This document shows positions 1 to 9,483 of a stretch of 64,000 bases of DNA, piece by piece; position 1 is the first letter of the stretch; each line of letters starts with the position of its first letter. Under the pieces are notes generated by a model. The model was not told the DNA's origin and did no database searches. It was given only the letters and a program-made list of their open reading frames with translations. A program made the position numbers and the translations under genes. The DNA comes from an uncultured Spirochaetota bacterium. Lineage in GTDB: Bacteria > Spirochaetota > Spirochaetia > SZUA-6 > Fen-1364. The stretch covers positions 1,376,001 to 1,440,000 of the forward strand of contig CAWAHW010000002.1 of the NCBI GenBank assembly GCA_963781885.1, written 5' to 3'.

Positions 1-1
1 C

Positions 2-166
2 GAGCACGAAAATCGCACCATCGACCAGACGCTCGACATCGGCTGGAACATACTCGGCGCCCTGCCGCGCTCCGAGCTCTATCGCGTGAGGGAGGAGACT
101 CTCCAGAAGCATTTCCATCCTGAGACGGCAAAGACGCCGGAGCCCGCGCGGACGGGAAAGCGCTGA
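2..166 (+). CDS. V/A-type ATP synthase subunit B, 3' end (partial)
   Basis: Frame 2 reads EHENRTIDQTLDIGWNILGALPRSELYRV..., typical of the V-ATPase B C-terminus; TGA at 164-166 directly precedes subunit D. Confidence 0.85.
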   Translation, partial: EHENRTIDQTLDIGWNILGALPRSELYRVREETLQKHFHPETAKTPEPARTGKR

Positions 167-167
167 C

Positions 168-797
168 ATGGCGCGCTACGACGTCCCCCCGACAAAATCG
201 TCCCTCTTCGCGGTCAAGGAGCAGCTGACTATTGCGCGGGAAGGCTTCGAGCTCCTGGAGCAGAAGAGAGAGATACTCGTCATGGAGCTCATGCGCATGG
301 TGGAGGAAGTGAAGCTTCTCGAGCGCGACATGGAGAAGAGGATCACCACTGCCTACGGCTCCCTGCGCCAGATGATCGTCCGCATGGGCCGCGAGACGGC
401 GGACGAGGTGAGCAACGGCATCCAGTTCGCCTACGCGACACGGGAGAAGCACGGCAAGCTTATGGGCATTCCGATGCCCACTCTCGACATGGACATGCCT
501 CGCCTGGAGCTGAAGTACTCCTTCATGAGCAGCACGAGTGCCTGCGACGCGACGACGATCGAGTTCTTCGAGCTCGTGAAGCTCGTCGCACGCATGGCGG
601 AGATCCGAACGACCGTCTGGCGTCTTGCAAAGGAAGTGCGGAAGACCCAGCGCCGGGTGAACGCGCTGGAAAAGATCGTGATCCCGGATGTCGTGGACAC
701 GAAGAAGTTCATCGAAGGCGTGCTGGAGGAGAGGGAGCGCGAGGTTTTCTTCGTTCAGAAGATCCTCAAGGCACGGCTGCTGGGAGACAGGGTATGA
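168..797 (+). CDS. V/A-type ATP synthase subunit D
   Basis: PTKSSL...GFELLEQKREIL and EVRKTQRRVNALEKIVIP...LEERERE motifs. Confidence 0.95.
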   Translation: MARYDVPPTKSSLFAVKEQLTIAREGFELLEQKREILVMELMRMVEEVKLLERDMEKRITTAYGSLRQMIVRMGRETADEVSNGIQFAYATREKHGKLMGIPMPTLDMDMPRLELKYSFMSSTSACDATTIEFFELVKLVARMAEIRTTVWRLAKEVRKTQRRVNALEKIVIPDVVDTKKFIEGVLEEREREVFFVQKILKARLLGDRV

Positions 798-1276
798 AGG
801 GGATCATTCAGACGGTGCTCGTGGCGGTAAGCGGATCTTCCTCCTCCCTGGCGGCGGCAAAGTACGGCATCGTGATGGCAAAGATGCACAAATGCCGGCT
901 CGTGGCGGTCTATGTCGTGGATACGGCAACGCTGAAAGAGCTCTTGATTTCGAAAATATTCGTGGAGGACGAGAGCGCCGACTACGAAAAAAGCCTGGAG
1001 AGCAACGGCGAGCGTTACCTGAACTATATCGAGGAGCTGGCCCGCAAGAAAGGCATCCAGGTGGAAAAGACCCTGCGAAAAGGATCCATATCGACCGAAG
1101 TCGTCGAGGCGGCTCAGGAGTGCAAGGCGGACATCGTGCTGGTTGGGGGCTTCAAGGACAACGGAATACTCCACGATGCGATAAGCCGGCAGCAACGGGA
1201 TATCCTGAAAAATGCCGAATGCTCGGTGTTAGTTGTCAAACAACCCGACATTGACTCGATCTACCAGAAGCTATAA
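794..1276 (+). CDS. Universal stress protein (UspA family)
   Basis: VLVAVSGS...S...A, VYVVD, G..STEVVEAA...ADIVLVG and ILKNAECSVLVVK; ATGA overlap with subunit D. Confidence 0.9.
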   Translation: MKGIIQTVLVAVSGSSSSLAAAKYGIVMAKMHKCRLVAVYVVDTATLKELLISKIFVEDESADYEKSLESNGERYLNYIEELARKKGIQVEKTLRKGSISTEVVEAAQECKADIVLVGGFKDNGILHDAISRQQRDILKNAECSVLVVKQPDIDSIYQKL

Positions 1277-1305
1277 GGCTGCGATAGTATCAGATATATG
1301 CGATA

Positions 1306-1334
1306 TTGACACAAACCTATTATGACTATATGTT
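1306..1334 (+). promoter_or_regulatory. Sigma70-type promoter, probably leaderless
   Basis: TTGACA (1306)-17 bp-TATGTT (1329); GTG start 6 nt later, no SD. Confidence 0.6.
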
Positions 1335-1340
1335 TGGATC

Positions 1341-2012
1341 GTGGCTGATATATTACAAAGGGTGGTCAGCCTTTTCGACGACCTGATCGCTCAAGGCGAG
1401 CAATTGCGCGACGCATGCAAGAAAATGTATTTCGCCGGCGCCAAGAAAGCTATTGATGCGCAGGTATTCGAGGCGTGGCGCACGAGCTGTCTGACGCTCC
1501 TTCGATCGACTTTCGGGACCTCCAGCCCTCACTTCGACAGCTTCGTCAATCTGAAATTTTTCGATCATTACAATTCGACCCTCCTCTATCTTGGCATCCT
1601 GCAGGGCGCCCGGGAGGACCTGCGCAAAGGGTACTTCTATCACAAGGACCTGATGCTCAGCGTCAATATATTCAATTCTTTTCTGTCGCACGCCCTCGCG
1701 TTTTGCGAAAAGGGCCAGACGGAGAAGGCCGTCGGCATACTGGATTCGGTGGTGAACGACGCGCTGCGGAAGCTGGCAGAATCTCACGGGCTCGCGCCCC
1801 AGGTGCCGGACGACATCATGGCGGCGGCCGATGCGCTTGTCCGTACGGAAGCCATTTCCAGCGAAACGAAGGAAAGCCTCTGCGCGCTGCAGCATTACCT
1901 CAGCGGCGATGGGCAGGTCGAGCAGGCTTCTGGGCTCTTCCAGAAGTGGCATGACTGGACGCAGAAGTTTCTTTACGAATACCTCGGGGCGCGCATCGTC
2001 ATTGTGAACTAG
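1341..2012 (+). CDS. Hypothetical protein with degenerate HEPN/DUF4145-like C-terminal region
   Basis: W..S.L.LL...FG..SPHF...F and LGILQGAREDL..G, then KAVGILDSVVNDALRKLAESHGL resembling HEPN helix 1; no RxxxxH. Confidence 0.55.
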   Translation: MADILQRVVSLFDDLIAQGEQLRDACKKMYFAGAKKAIDAQVFEAWRTSCLTLLRSTFGTSSPHFDSFVNLKFFDHYNSTLLYLGILQGAREDLRKGYFYHKDLMLSVNIFNSFLSHALAFCEKGQTEKAVGILDSVVNDALRKLAESHGLAPQVPDDIMAAADALVRTEAISSETKESLCALQHYLSGDGQVEQASGLFQKWHDWTQKFLYEYLGARIVIVN

Positions 2013-3129
2013 CCGCAGCCTCCCGCAGCGAAATCCTGTAGAGCTTCAAGCCTCCCTGGGCAAGCAGCACGTAAAGGGCATTCGATGTGCGCGCCGCGGC
2101 AAATCCCTCGATGGGCTTTTCCCCGGACGCGATGATGGATTTCCTGTAGCGGGCGCCGCCTGCTCCGACGAGAGAGCCGGGGGCGATCAGAGAGAGCTGC
2201 GACGCCGTCACGCCGTCACCCGAGATGCGCGTTTCGTCAAACAGCATGAGGTAGCGTGCGCCTGCATCGCCGGGAAGCAGCGCGAGGGATGACGTTCCGT
2301 CGCACAGGGTCACGGTCGTCTTTGAAAATGGCGAACCGGCCGTGCTCTGTTCCTGCAGGAGGAGCCGGCGCGTCGCCTCGTCCCAGGACAGCACGGCGAG
2401 CGCCCCGCCGGGAGCCTCAAGGGATGCCTGGAGCGGCCCAGCGCCCGGCACGACGGAGGTGGTGTCGCCTTGCGAATCGCGCCGCACGACAAAAAGCTCG
2501 CGCTGGACCCTGCCGTACGCGGTAAAGACATCCGACCCCGCAATGCTCGCCCGTGACGCGGCGTCGAAAGAAGGCAGGACATCCGTGACGGGCCCCGCGG
2601 TGGCGACCGCGAGGGACTTCATCCCGCCCGCGGCCCAGTAGGCGTGGACGGAGCCGCGATTGTCGGCGAGCAGGGCAAGCGGATTCCCCGGGGGATTGAG
2701 GACGTCGAGCTCCCACTGCGTCGAGCTGCCCGTCAAAGAAGCCATTTTCAGGATAAGGCGCGCGTCCGCCTCGCGGTCCAGGTAAAGGACGCGCAGCGCG
2801 TCGCCGTCGGCAGCGAGCGCATGAGCGCCGAATGTCGGAGGGAAAGGGGCGTTCACGTCGATCTTGTCGATGATCGAGGGGATCGGCGCAACCGGCGGAA
2901 GGTGCGCGGCGTCGGGGAATGAAAAGACGTCCAGCGTCATCGTCGATCGGTCGGGGAAGACGGCCCACAGCCTGCCCCCGCTTTGCACCATGGAAAGCGG
3001 GGCACTCGGGGCAGAGGAGCCTGCAACGGGGATGGACTCCATTGTGAGAGGCGCCATCCCGCGCAGGTCCGAGCATCCGATGAGCAGCAGGAGCGCGGGC
3101 AATCCGATCAAAGCGGCGCGTTTCATCAT
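1999..3129 (-). CDS. Putative lipoprotein, beta-rich
   Basis: Start moved to MMKRAALIGLPALLLLIGC (lipobox) with GGGGAG SD; overlaps the convergent gene by 14 nt. Confidence 0.7.
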   Translation of the reverse strand: MMKRAALIGLPALLLLIGCSDLRGMAPLTMESIPVAGSSAPSAPLSMVQSGGRLWAVFPDRSTMTLDVFSFPDAAHLPPVAPIPSIIDKIDVNAPFPPTFGAHALAADGDALRVLYLDREADARLILKMASLTGSSTQWELDVLNPPGNPLALLADNRGSVHAYWAAGGMKSLAVATAGPVTDVLPSFDAASRASIAGSDVFTAYGRVQRELFVVRRDSQGDTTSVVPGAGPLQASLEAPGGALAVLSWDEATRRLLLQEQSTAGSPFSKTTVTLCDGTSSLALLPGDAGARYLMLFDETRISGDGVTASQLSLIAPGSLVGAGGARYRKSIIASGEKPIEGFAAARTSNALYVLLAQGGLKLYRISLREAAASSQ

Positions 3130-3336
3130 GTTTCTCCCCGCCGCGGTACACCGCGGCATGTGGCGCGCCTTTGACCGGAGGCGGAAACGCCGCGCGTCGG
3201 CCTTGGCCGCAATCGCGCAAAATGATGAGGGCACGGTGTTTGTCTTGACCATGTTTTTCCGGAAAACCTATACTACCGAAATGCACGGGGGGTGTACAGC
3301 GAAACCCGCGCTCGCTGCATTGCGTGCAGGCACGGC

Positions 3337-4059
3337 ATGAGCATTTCCGCCGAGAAGCATCTTGCGACGCTCCGTCAGCGCTACGGGGAGAAGAGGCTGC
3401 GGGAGGCGGCGGAGCGGCGCGCCCATCTTGACTACCAGAGGCTGTCCATTGGCGACAACCCCGGCAGCGGGCGGGTGAAGTTCCTCCTCGCCCAGATGCA
3501 CCAGACCTACTATTTCGGCTTCTCGGAGAGCGCCTGCATCCTGTCGGGAACCCTGCTCGAGCAGGGGTTGATCTATTCGCTCGGGGTTGCGCTTGACCGC
3601 AGGGGCCCGCTGCAGTTCGTGCGCGGCGCGGAGAAAAGATGGCTGCAGACGCGCCAGGACCTTTTGGAGCTCGAGCTGGTCGACATGCTGGAGCTTGCCC
3701 GCGCGGAGAAAATCCTGCGGGAAGGCCGCATCCTCCTGCTCGCGCACGAGATCCGCTGGATCCGCAACATGGTCGTGCACGAGCGCATCCCGCTTTTCCG
3801 GGCGCACGACGACACGCATCTTGAGCTGCGGGTGACGAAGAGCCGGCGCGGACGCGTGCGCTACGCGGTCATCCTGCTGGATCGCGCCGAGGTTGCCGAC
3901 CTGCGCGCGGGCGACCAGCATGCATCGGGAGAGCTGACCGCGTATTTCTGCGTGAGCAGGACCCGCATGGTCCTGCGTCACCTGTTCGATCATACTGAAG
4001 CGGAGGCGAAAAAGCACGATGAGAGTGGCGGTAGTCTTCTTCTCTGGACGGAATCGTGA
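3337..4059 (+). CDS. HEPN/DUF4145-like protein with intact RxxxxH motif
   Basis: SACILSGTLLEQGL helix, LVDMLELARAEKIL, AHEIRWIRNMVVH (R 3763, H 3778). Confidence 0.6.
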   Translation: MSISAEKHLATLRQRYGEKRLREAAERRAHLDYQRLSIGDNPGSGRVKFLLAQMHQTYYFGFSESACILSGTLLEQGLIYSLGVALDRRGPLQFVRGAEKRWLQTRQDLLELELVDMLELARAEKILREGRILLLAHEIRWIRNMVVHERIPLFRAHDDTHLELRVTKSRRGRVRYAVILLDRAEVADLRAGDQHASGELTAYFCVSRTRMVLRHLFDHTEAEAKKHDESGGSLLLWTES

Positions 4060-4432
4060 CGGGCTCATGAGGCTCTCCCAGGCAGTCGCCCGGGGCATTG
4101 ACAAGCAGGGCAGCCAGGTTGACACGTACGACGGCGCGCGCGACCCCAATGTGAAGCTCACGATGTATCAGTACGTCGTCGTCGGCGCGGAACCCATCGG
4201 CACGTTCGGCGGCAAGATCCCCGAGACGGTGAAGACCTTCCTGTCAGCCGCGGGAGCCGTCGCGGGCAAGAAGAGCTACGCATTCGTCTCCCGCGCGAGA
4301 TTCGGTGCCGCGAAGTCGCTTGCGGCGCTCATGAAGGTGATGGAAGGGGAGGGGATGCTCATCAAGACTTCCGACATCCTGCGGTCTCCGACCGAAGCGG
4401 AGGAAATCGGCAAGCGGCTGCACGTGAGCTGA
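4019..4432 (+). CDS. Flavodoxin-like protein
   Basis: MRVAVVFFS...LSQAVARGI...YQYVVVG...GGKIP...FL...GKKSYAF flavodoxin-type topology. Confidence 0.65.
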   Translation: MRVAVVFFSGRNRDGLMRLSQAVARGIDKQGSQVDTYDGARDPNVKLTMYQYVVVGAEPIGTFGGKIPETVKTFLSAAGAVAGKKSYAFVSRARFGAAKSLAALMKVMEGEGMLIKTSDILRSPTEAEEIGKRLHVS

Positions 4433-4489
4433 GACGTCCTCCGCCCGGCGTGGCCGCTCCCGGCGGAGCCGGTCAAAGACGACCCTGTG

Positions 4490-5263
4490 CTACTCCCTCC
4501 AGGGAAAGATCATGCCCTTGAGCGTGCGTTTTCCCACGCGCTCGCGGTCATCCACCAGCAGGGCGTCCCAAGGGATGCGCCGCCGGTTGGCGCCGGGGTT
4601 CTGCTCCAGCCAGTCATACTTATACAGGCGCAGCTTGAAGGCGATGTTCCACCACAGAAGGATGGACGAGATGCCGGGGAGCAGGAGAGCGGTGAATGCG
4701 GAGCCGACCAGGATGATCAGGGCGCAGAGGATCAGCCCGATGCTGAAGGCGGGATTATCGAAAAAAATCAGGAAGCTCTTGCGGAATATCTTTCGGAACT
4801 TGCGATCCAGCCGCGACTGGATGGGAAAATAGAACTGGGCCGCGAGGACGCCCGCAACGGTTACCCAGAAGAGGAGCGCGACCGCCAGAGGCCCCACGAG
4901 CGATTTCATGCCGCCGTAGAACTGGAAGGCAACGCGGACGATAAGGAGATAGCCGGTGACGAGGAGCGCGAGCAGGAGGCTCGACGGCCAGCTCTCCTTG
5001 AGAAAAGTGAAAAAATCCTGGAAACCCGGCTGTTTGTAGTCGGCGATGTCCGAGCAGAGATGGCTGACGGCACCTGTATATGCGGCAAGAACGGCGATGC
5101 CGATGGCAAGAACGGCGAAAAAGGCGACCGGCATGGAGGAAAAAAGGGGCGCAAGGAAAAAGAATATCGCAAGCACCGCGATATAGCCCAGATTCATGAT
5201 GATGATGCGGAACATGTTGTCCCACATGTCGAAAAACGCCTTTTTCACAAGAAATCCAAACAT
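4490..5263 (-). CDS. Multi-pass membrane protein (DUF624-like)
   Basis: About 6 hydrophobic segments; KAFFDMWDN N-terminus, FPW C-terminus. Confidence 0.75.
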   Translation of the reverse strand: MFGFLVKKAFFDMWDNMFRIIIMNLGYIAVLAIFFFLAPLFSSMPVAFFAVLAIGIAVLAAYTGAVSHLCSDIADYKQPGFQDFFTFLKESWPSSLLLALLVTGYLLIVRVAFQFYGGMKSLVGPLAVALLFWVTVAGVLAAQFYFPIQSRLDRKFRKIFRKSFLIFFDNPAFSIGLILCALIILVGSAFTALLLPGISSILLWWNIAFKLRLYKYDWLEQNPGANRRRIPWDALLVDDRERVGKRTLKGMIFPWRE

Positions 5264-5269
5264 GCGCCC

Positions 5270-5298
5270 ACAGTAACACTCTTTGCTCCGGTGGTCAA
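5270..5298 (-). promoter_or_regulatory. Sigma70-type promoter, probably leaderless
   Basis: Minus strand TTGACC-17 bp-TACTGT-6 nt-ATG(5263). Confidence 0.55.
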
Positions 5299-5382
5299 AC
5301 TCCCAGGGGTCGCGTCACCCGGTCCTGCGCCCCGCCTTGACAACGACGCCCGATTTTACTATCGTACGGACAGCATTTGCCC

Positions 5383-6192
5383 ATGGTGAATTACTACGAG
5401 ATCCTTGGTATTGCCCAGGACTCCACGGCGCAGGAGATCAAAAAATCGTTTCGCAAGCGGGCAAAGGAGATACACCCCGATGTCCGCCCCGACGACGATA
5501 GCCGATCGGAGGAGGAGATGCGGCTCCTTCTCGCGGCCTACGAGGTGCTGAGCGACATCGAGAAGCGCGGCGAGTACGACCGCTCGCTGCATTCCTTCCT
5601 CCGCGTCAGGGGTTTCGACTACCGCGAGTTCCTCCGCCGCCGCGGAGACGATCCCCTGAGTCAGTCCAAGCTCATCTTCCACGACCTGCTCGCCAATCAC
5701 CAGGACGAGGCGCTCGATCTGTATGAAAGGATCACCGCGGGCGATCGGGACGCGCTGGAACGCTACCTGTCGCGCGAAGACTACATGGACTGCGCGTTCC
5801 TCCTCGCCGAAGTGTTCGAGACGCGGCACCGCTATGCGGAGGCGTACACCCTCTATCGGCAGCTCTGCTTCCTGGAGGAGGACAAGCCGTATTTCCACCA
5901 TTTCATCGATGAGGTGATCGATCGGCTGCGCACCCTTCTCTGCTTCAAGATGCTGCCGGAGCTTGACGCCGCCGATGCCATCGCGCGGCTGAAGGAGCTC
6001 GTGCGGATGAGCTTCTCCCGCAAGGACGACGCCTTTTTCTACAAGAAGCTCGCCGAGGTCTATGCGGGCCTCGGACAGCAGGAGACGGCGTTGCAATACC
6101 TTCAAAAGGGGCTACAATTGGATCGGAAGCTTTCCGGGGTGAAGAAGCTCATGGACCGCATCGGATGCCCCGTGTGCCTTGACAATTCCTGA
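5383..6192 (+). CDS. DnaJ-domain protein with C-terminal TPR
   Basis: NYYEILGI...IKKSFRKRAKEIHPD...AYEVLSD...R.EYD J-domain; TPR-like helices; upstream TTGACA(5337)-17-TATCGT. Confidence 0.9.
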   Translation: MVNYYEILGIAQDSTAQEIKKSFRKRAKEIHPDVRPDDDSRSEEEMRLLLAAYEVLSDIEKRGEYDRSLHSFLRVRGFDYREFLRRRGDDPLSQSKLIFHDLLANHQDEALDLYERITAGDRDALERYLSREDYMDCAFLLAEVFETRHRYAEAYTLYRQLCFLEEDKPYFHHFIDEVIDRLRTLLCFKMLPELDAADAIARLKELVRMSFSRKDDAFFYKKLAEVYAGLGQQETALQYLQKGLQLDRKLSGVKKLMDRIGCPVCLDNS

Positions 6193-6260
6193 GGCGTTCG
6201 CTTAACTGGCCAGGTCGTCGATCCTCGCCTGAAAGAGTCCACAAGGAGCGGTAGATCACC

Positions 6261-7316
6261 ATGAAGAAGTTGATATTCTGTGCGGCGATGGCATGCGCGC
6301 TCGTCGTGTCCCTCGGCGCACAGGTGCTCGACAAGCCCGCCGCGACGGTCCGGTACACCAGGACCGAATCCATCACGGTAAGCCAGCTCCAGAAGCAGGT
6401 GCAGGCCTTTGAGAAGACCGCCGGCCGCGTCCTCACGACCGACGAGCGCAAGCAGGTCCTCGATTCGATGATCGGGCAGACCCTCCTCCTCCAGGCGGCG
6501 GAGAAGGAGAACGTGGTCGTGTCCGACCCGCAGTTGAAGGCGGCGCTGCAGACCTACGAGCAGCAGCTCGGTCAGGGCTATGGTCTGGGCCGGCCGCTCA
6601 CGGATGCGGAGCTCCAGCAGTACGTGAAGAGCACCGGCCAGACCTATGACGTGTTCCTGAAGGCCCTGCGCGATCAGCAGACCGCCTACAGCTACATCCA
6701 GAAGAAGCGCCCGAATATCGCCGACAGCGTGAAGCAGCCGACCGACCAGGACATCCAGGACTACTACGACCAGAACAAGCGCCAGTTCTTCATGGACGAC
6801 ATGATCACTTTCCGCCACATCTTCGTCGATACCACGCAGCTCACCACCAAGGATGACCGGGACAAGGCGGCAAAACACGCCGACGACATCCTGAAGGAGC
6901 TGAAGGCGGGAGCTGCCTTCACCGATCTCGTCACGAAGTATTCCGACGATTCCCGATCGAAGTACAACGGGGGCCTCTATCCCAGCGTCTTCCGCAATGA
7001 CGAACAGCGGCGCCAGGCGTTCGGCGCGGCATTCTTCGATTCCCTCTTCAAGATGAAGAAGGGGGAGACCAGCGGGGTCCTGCAGTCCAACGCGGGTTTC
7101 CACATCGTGCAGATCATGGATCGTATCGATGCGCGCCTGCTCGGGCTGGACGACAAGATTCCTCCGCAGAATACCGCCACGGTGCGCGATACGGTGAAGA
7201 GCGCCATTCTCATCAACCGGCAGAACGCCGCGTGGACGCAGGCGCAGAATGACCTCGTCGCGGAGCTGAAGAAGACCGCGGAGATCAACATCTTCAACGA
7301 CAACATCTCCTGGTAG
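6261..7316 (+). CDS. Periplasmic parvulin-type peptidyl-prolyl isomerase (SurA/PrsA-like)
   Basis: Signal peptide, FRHIFV, F.DLV.KYSDD..SK.NGG, SGVLQSNAGFHIV; AAGGAG SD. Confidence 0.9.
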   Translation: MKKLIFCAAMACALVVSLGAQVLDKPAATVRYTRTESITVSQLQKQVQAFEKTAGRVLTTDERKQVLDSMIGQTLLLQAAEKENVVVSDPQLKAALQTYEQQLGQGYGLGRPLTDAELQQYVKSTGQTYDVFLKALRDQQTAYSYIQKKRPNIADSVKQPTDQDIQDYYDQNKRQFFMDDMITFRHIFVDTTQLTTKDDRDKAAKHADDILKELKAGAAFTDLVTKYSDDSRSKYNGGLYPSVFRNDEQRRQAFGAAFFDSLFKMKKGETSGVLQSNAGFHIVQIMDRIDARLLGLDDKIPPQNTATVRDTVKSAILINRQNAAWTQAQNDLVAELKKTAEINIFNDNISW

Positions 7317-7343
7317 GCGCCGGGCGGCGCTCGGCGGAGGATC

Positions 7344-7772
7344 ATGGGCGCGCGCAGGAAGGGCCGGATCATTGCATTCCAGTCTCTCTATCGCCATGAC
7401 TTGTCGGGCGCGCCCCTCGCGGAGCTTCTGGACTTCTCCTGGCTGCAGGGCGAGCGTGCGGCCGTCCCACCCGAAGAAACGCTTCTCTTCGCGCGGCTCC
7501 TCATCCAGGGCGCCCTGGAGAACCTGCCGAGGATCGACGAGGTCATCAAGGGACAGCTGGAGAACTGGGATTTCGGCCGCCTCAACAAGGTGGACCTCGC
7601 CCTCCTGCGCATGAGCGTCTATTGCCTTCTCTACCAGCCCGAGATTCCCCCCACCGTGACGATCGACGAGGCGGTGGACATCTCGAAGACGTACGGCACC
7701 GCGGATTCCTACCGTTTCGTCAACGGTGTGCTCGACGGCGTCCGCAAGAAGCTCAATCTGCCGGGCGATTGA
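7344..7772 (+). CDS. nusB: Transcription antitermination factor NusB
   Basis: RRKGRIIAFQSLY, NWDFGRLNKVDLALLR, TIDEAVDISK, FVNGVLD. Confidence 0.97.
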   Translation: MGARRKGRIIAFQSLYRHDLSGAPLAELLDFSWLQGERAAVPPEETLLFARLLIQGALENLPRIDEVIKGQLENWDFGRLNKVDLALLRMSVYCLLYQPEIPPTVTIDEAVDISKTYGTADSYRFVNGVLDGVRKKLNLPGD

Positions 7773-9421
7773 TGACAGTCCGCTTGCCCGTCAGGGTGGG
7801 GATCGGCGTTGCAGCCCTGGCCGTGATCGCGGCCGCTCTCTTCCTCTTCATTCGCCCTTTTCGTCCGTCCCCATCAGTCCGGTTGCCGCCGTATGCGCAA
7901 ATCGATGCGGCGATCGCCGGCGGATACGTCGCCACAGCCGGCGAGCTTCTATCCGCGGTTCCCGTCCTGCCGTCGTCGGAAAACGACCTGCTGCGGCTCC
8001 TGAAGCGCGCCTACCAGGTCTGCACCGAGACGGGTGACTACACGCTGCTTGCCGACATGGCGGGACGGGCTCTTGCCCTCCAGGGGAGGAGCGCGCGCAT
8101 CCGGGCAATCGCCGGCTATGGCGCCATGAGGGCCTCGCGGCTGGCGGATGCAGAACGCGCCCTTTCGCGCGGCGCGCTGCCGCCCGGCACCGGCGACATC
8201 CTGCGGGGTGAAGCCGCCCTGCGACGCGGGCGCGCGTGGCCTGGCGCCGATGCCCTCACGCGCGACCTTGTTGCCTTGACCGGCACGGAGGACGCGGCCG
8301 CGTACGCACGCGCGGCGCTGCGTGCGGGCGACCAGAGGCTTACGCTGGACGCCGCGCTCCTGGACATGAAGCAAGGTGCGCTTATGCAAGCCCGTCTGCT
8401 CGTCCTGGGCTCACTTGGCGAATCACGCTTCGACGAGGCGTCCGGATTCATGCTCTACGATGCAGGTGACTTCGCAAATGCGCTGCGGCGGCTGTCAAAT
8501 CTCCAGGCATCGCAGCCGCAAAGCGCATCCTTTGCGCTTTGCCTTGCGGACATTTCCATGGCCGGGGGAAATGCGGCGGATGCAGAGTCGTGGCTGCTGA
8601 AGGCTCTTCCCCTCGGACCGTCGGCGAGCTGGACCGCATACGCCGACCTTGCGCTTTTTGACCTTCAACGCGGCGCGCTTCCGGCTGCCGCCCGTCGCAT
8701 CAACGACGGCCTTGCCTTTTTTCCCCGGTCCCGCGAGCTTCGGTTCCAGCAGGCGCAGATCGCAGTCGCGATGGGGCAGAAAGACCAGGCCGAATCCATC
8801 GTCCGCGCGCTCGCCGCGGAAAATCCCGCTGATGCCGATGCCGGGCTCCTCCTGCTCGCCCTTCGGGCGCCTTCCCTCTCACCGGAATCTTACCGAGGCG
8901 AGCTCTGGACGCTTTTCAACCATGCCCCCGCGAGTCGGGCGGTCTTCGGCGCCTTGTCGGCCGCGCTTTTTGCAACGCACGACTGGGAAGGGGCGGAGCT
9001 CGCCCTCCATCAGTTCGAAGCGGCGCAGGGGGAGCCTGCCGCCGACACACTGCTCGTTGCGGGCATGGTCTCGGCGCAGAAGGGCGACCCCGCGGCAGCC
9101 ATTGCAGCGCTACGAAAGAGCATGCTCCTGGCCCGCGATCCGCGCGCGCTCTATGACCTGGGGCTCGTCTACCTGTCGCAGGGCAACGCGCGCGCGGCGC
9201 GCGCCGAGCTGGACGCCGCCGCGGAAGAATATCCGCCGCCGGGAGAGGCGCCTGACGCGCGCGCGGCGATGGCCCGTATCGAGACATTCCGCGGCACGGC
9301 CCACCTGCTCGATGGCGACCTGACGGCGGCGCGCACCGCTCTCGAACACGCGCGCATGCTCGATCCGCGGAATCTTCGCGCCGCGCTGGAATTGCGGAAA
9401 CTTGAAGCGGGGAGGCAATAA
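7772..9421 (+). CDS. Membrane-anchored TPR protein
   Basis: TGATG coupling to nusB; N-terminal TM helix followed by Ala/Leu-rich TPR repeats. Confidence 0.75.
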   Translation: MTVRLPVRVGIGVAALAVIAAALFLFIRPFRPSPSVRLPPYAQIDAAIAGGYVATAGELLSAVPVLPSSENDLLRLLKRAYQVCTETGDYTLLADMAGRALALQGRSARIRAIAGYGAMRASRLADAERALSRGALPPGTGDILRGEAALRRGRAWPGADALTRDLVALTGTEDAAAYARAALRAGDQRLTLDAALLDMKQGALMQARLLVLGSLGESRFDEASGFMLYDAGDFANALRRLSNLQASQPQSASFALCLADISMAGGNAADAESWLLKALPLGPSASWTAYADLALFDLQRGALPAAARRINDGLAFFPRSRELRFQQAQIAVAMGQKDQAESIVRALAAENPADADAGLLLLALRAPSLSPESYRGELWTLFNHAPASRAVFGALSAALFATHDWEGAELALHQFEAAQGEPAADTLLVAGMVSAQKGDPAAAIAALRKSMLLARDPRALYDLGLVYLSQGNARAARAELDAAAEEYPPPGEAPDARAAMARIETFRGTAHLLDGDLTAARTALEHARMLDPRNLRAALELRKLEAGRQ

Positions 9422-9483
9422 TGCTATCATTCAACCGGCCGGGAGCCGGGCGTCAGGACCCGACAGCGGGAAAAGGAGAAACA

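Noticed and set aside
3140-3157. Perfect inverted repeat GCCGCGGT-AC-ACCGCGGC upstream of the lipoprotein as an operator
   Set aside because: GC-rich palindromes are frequent at this composition and I saw no second copy
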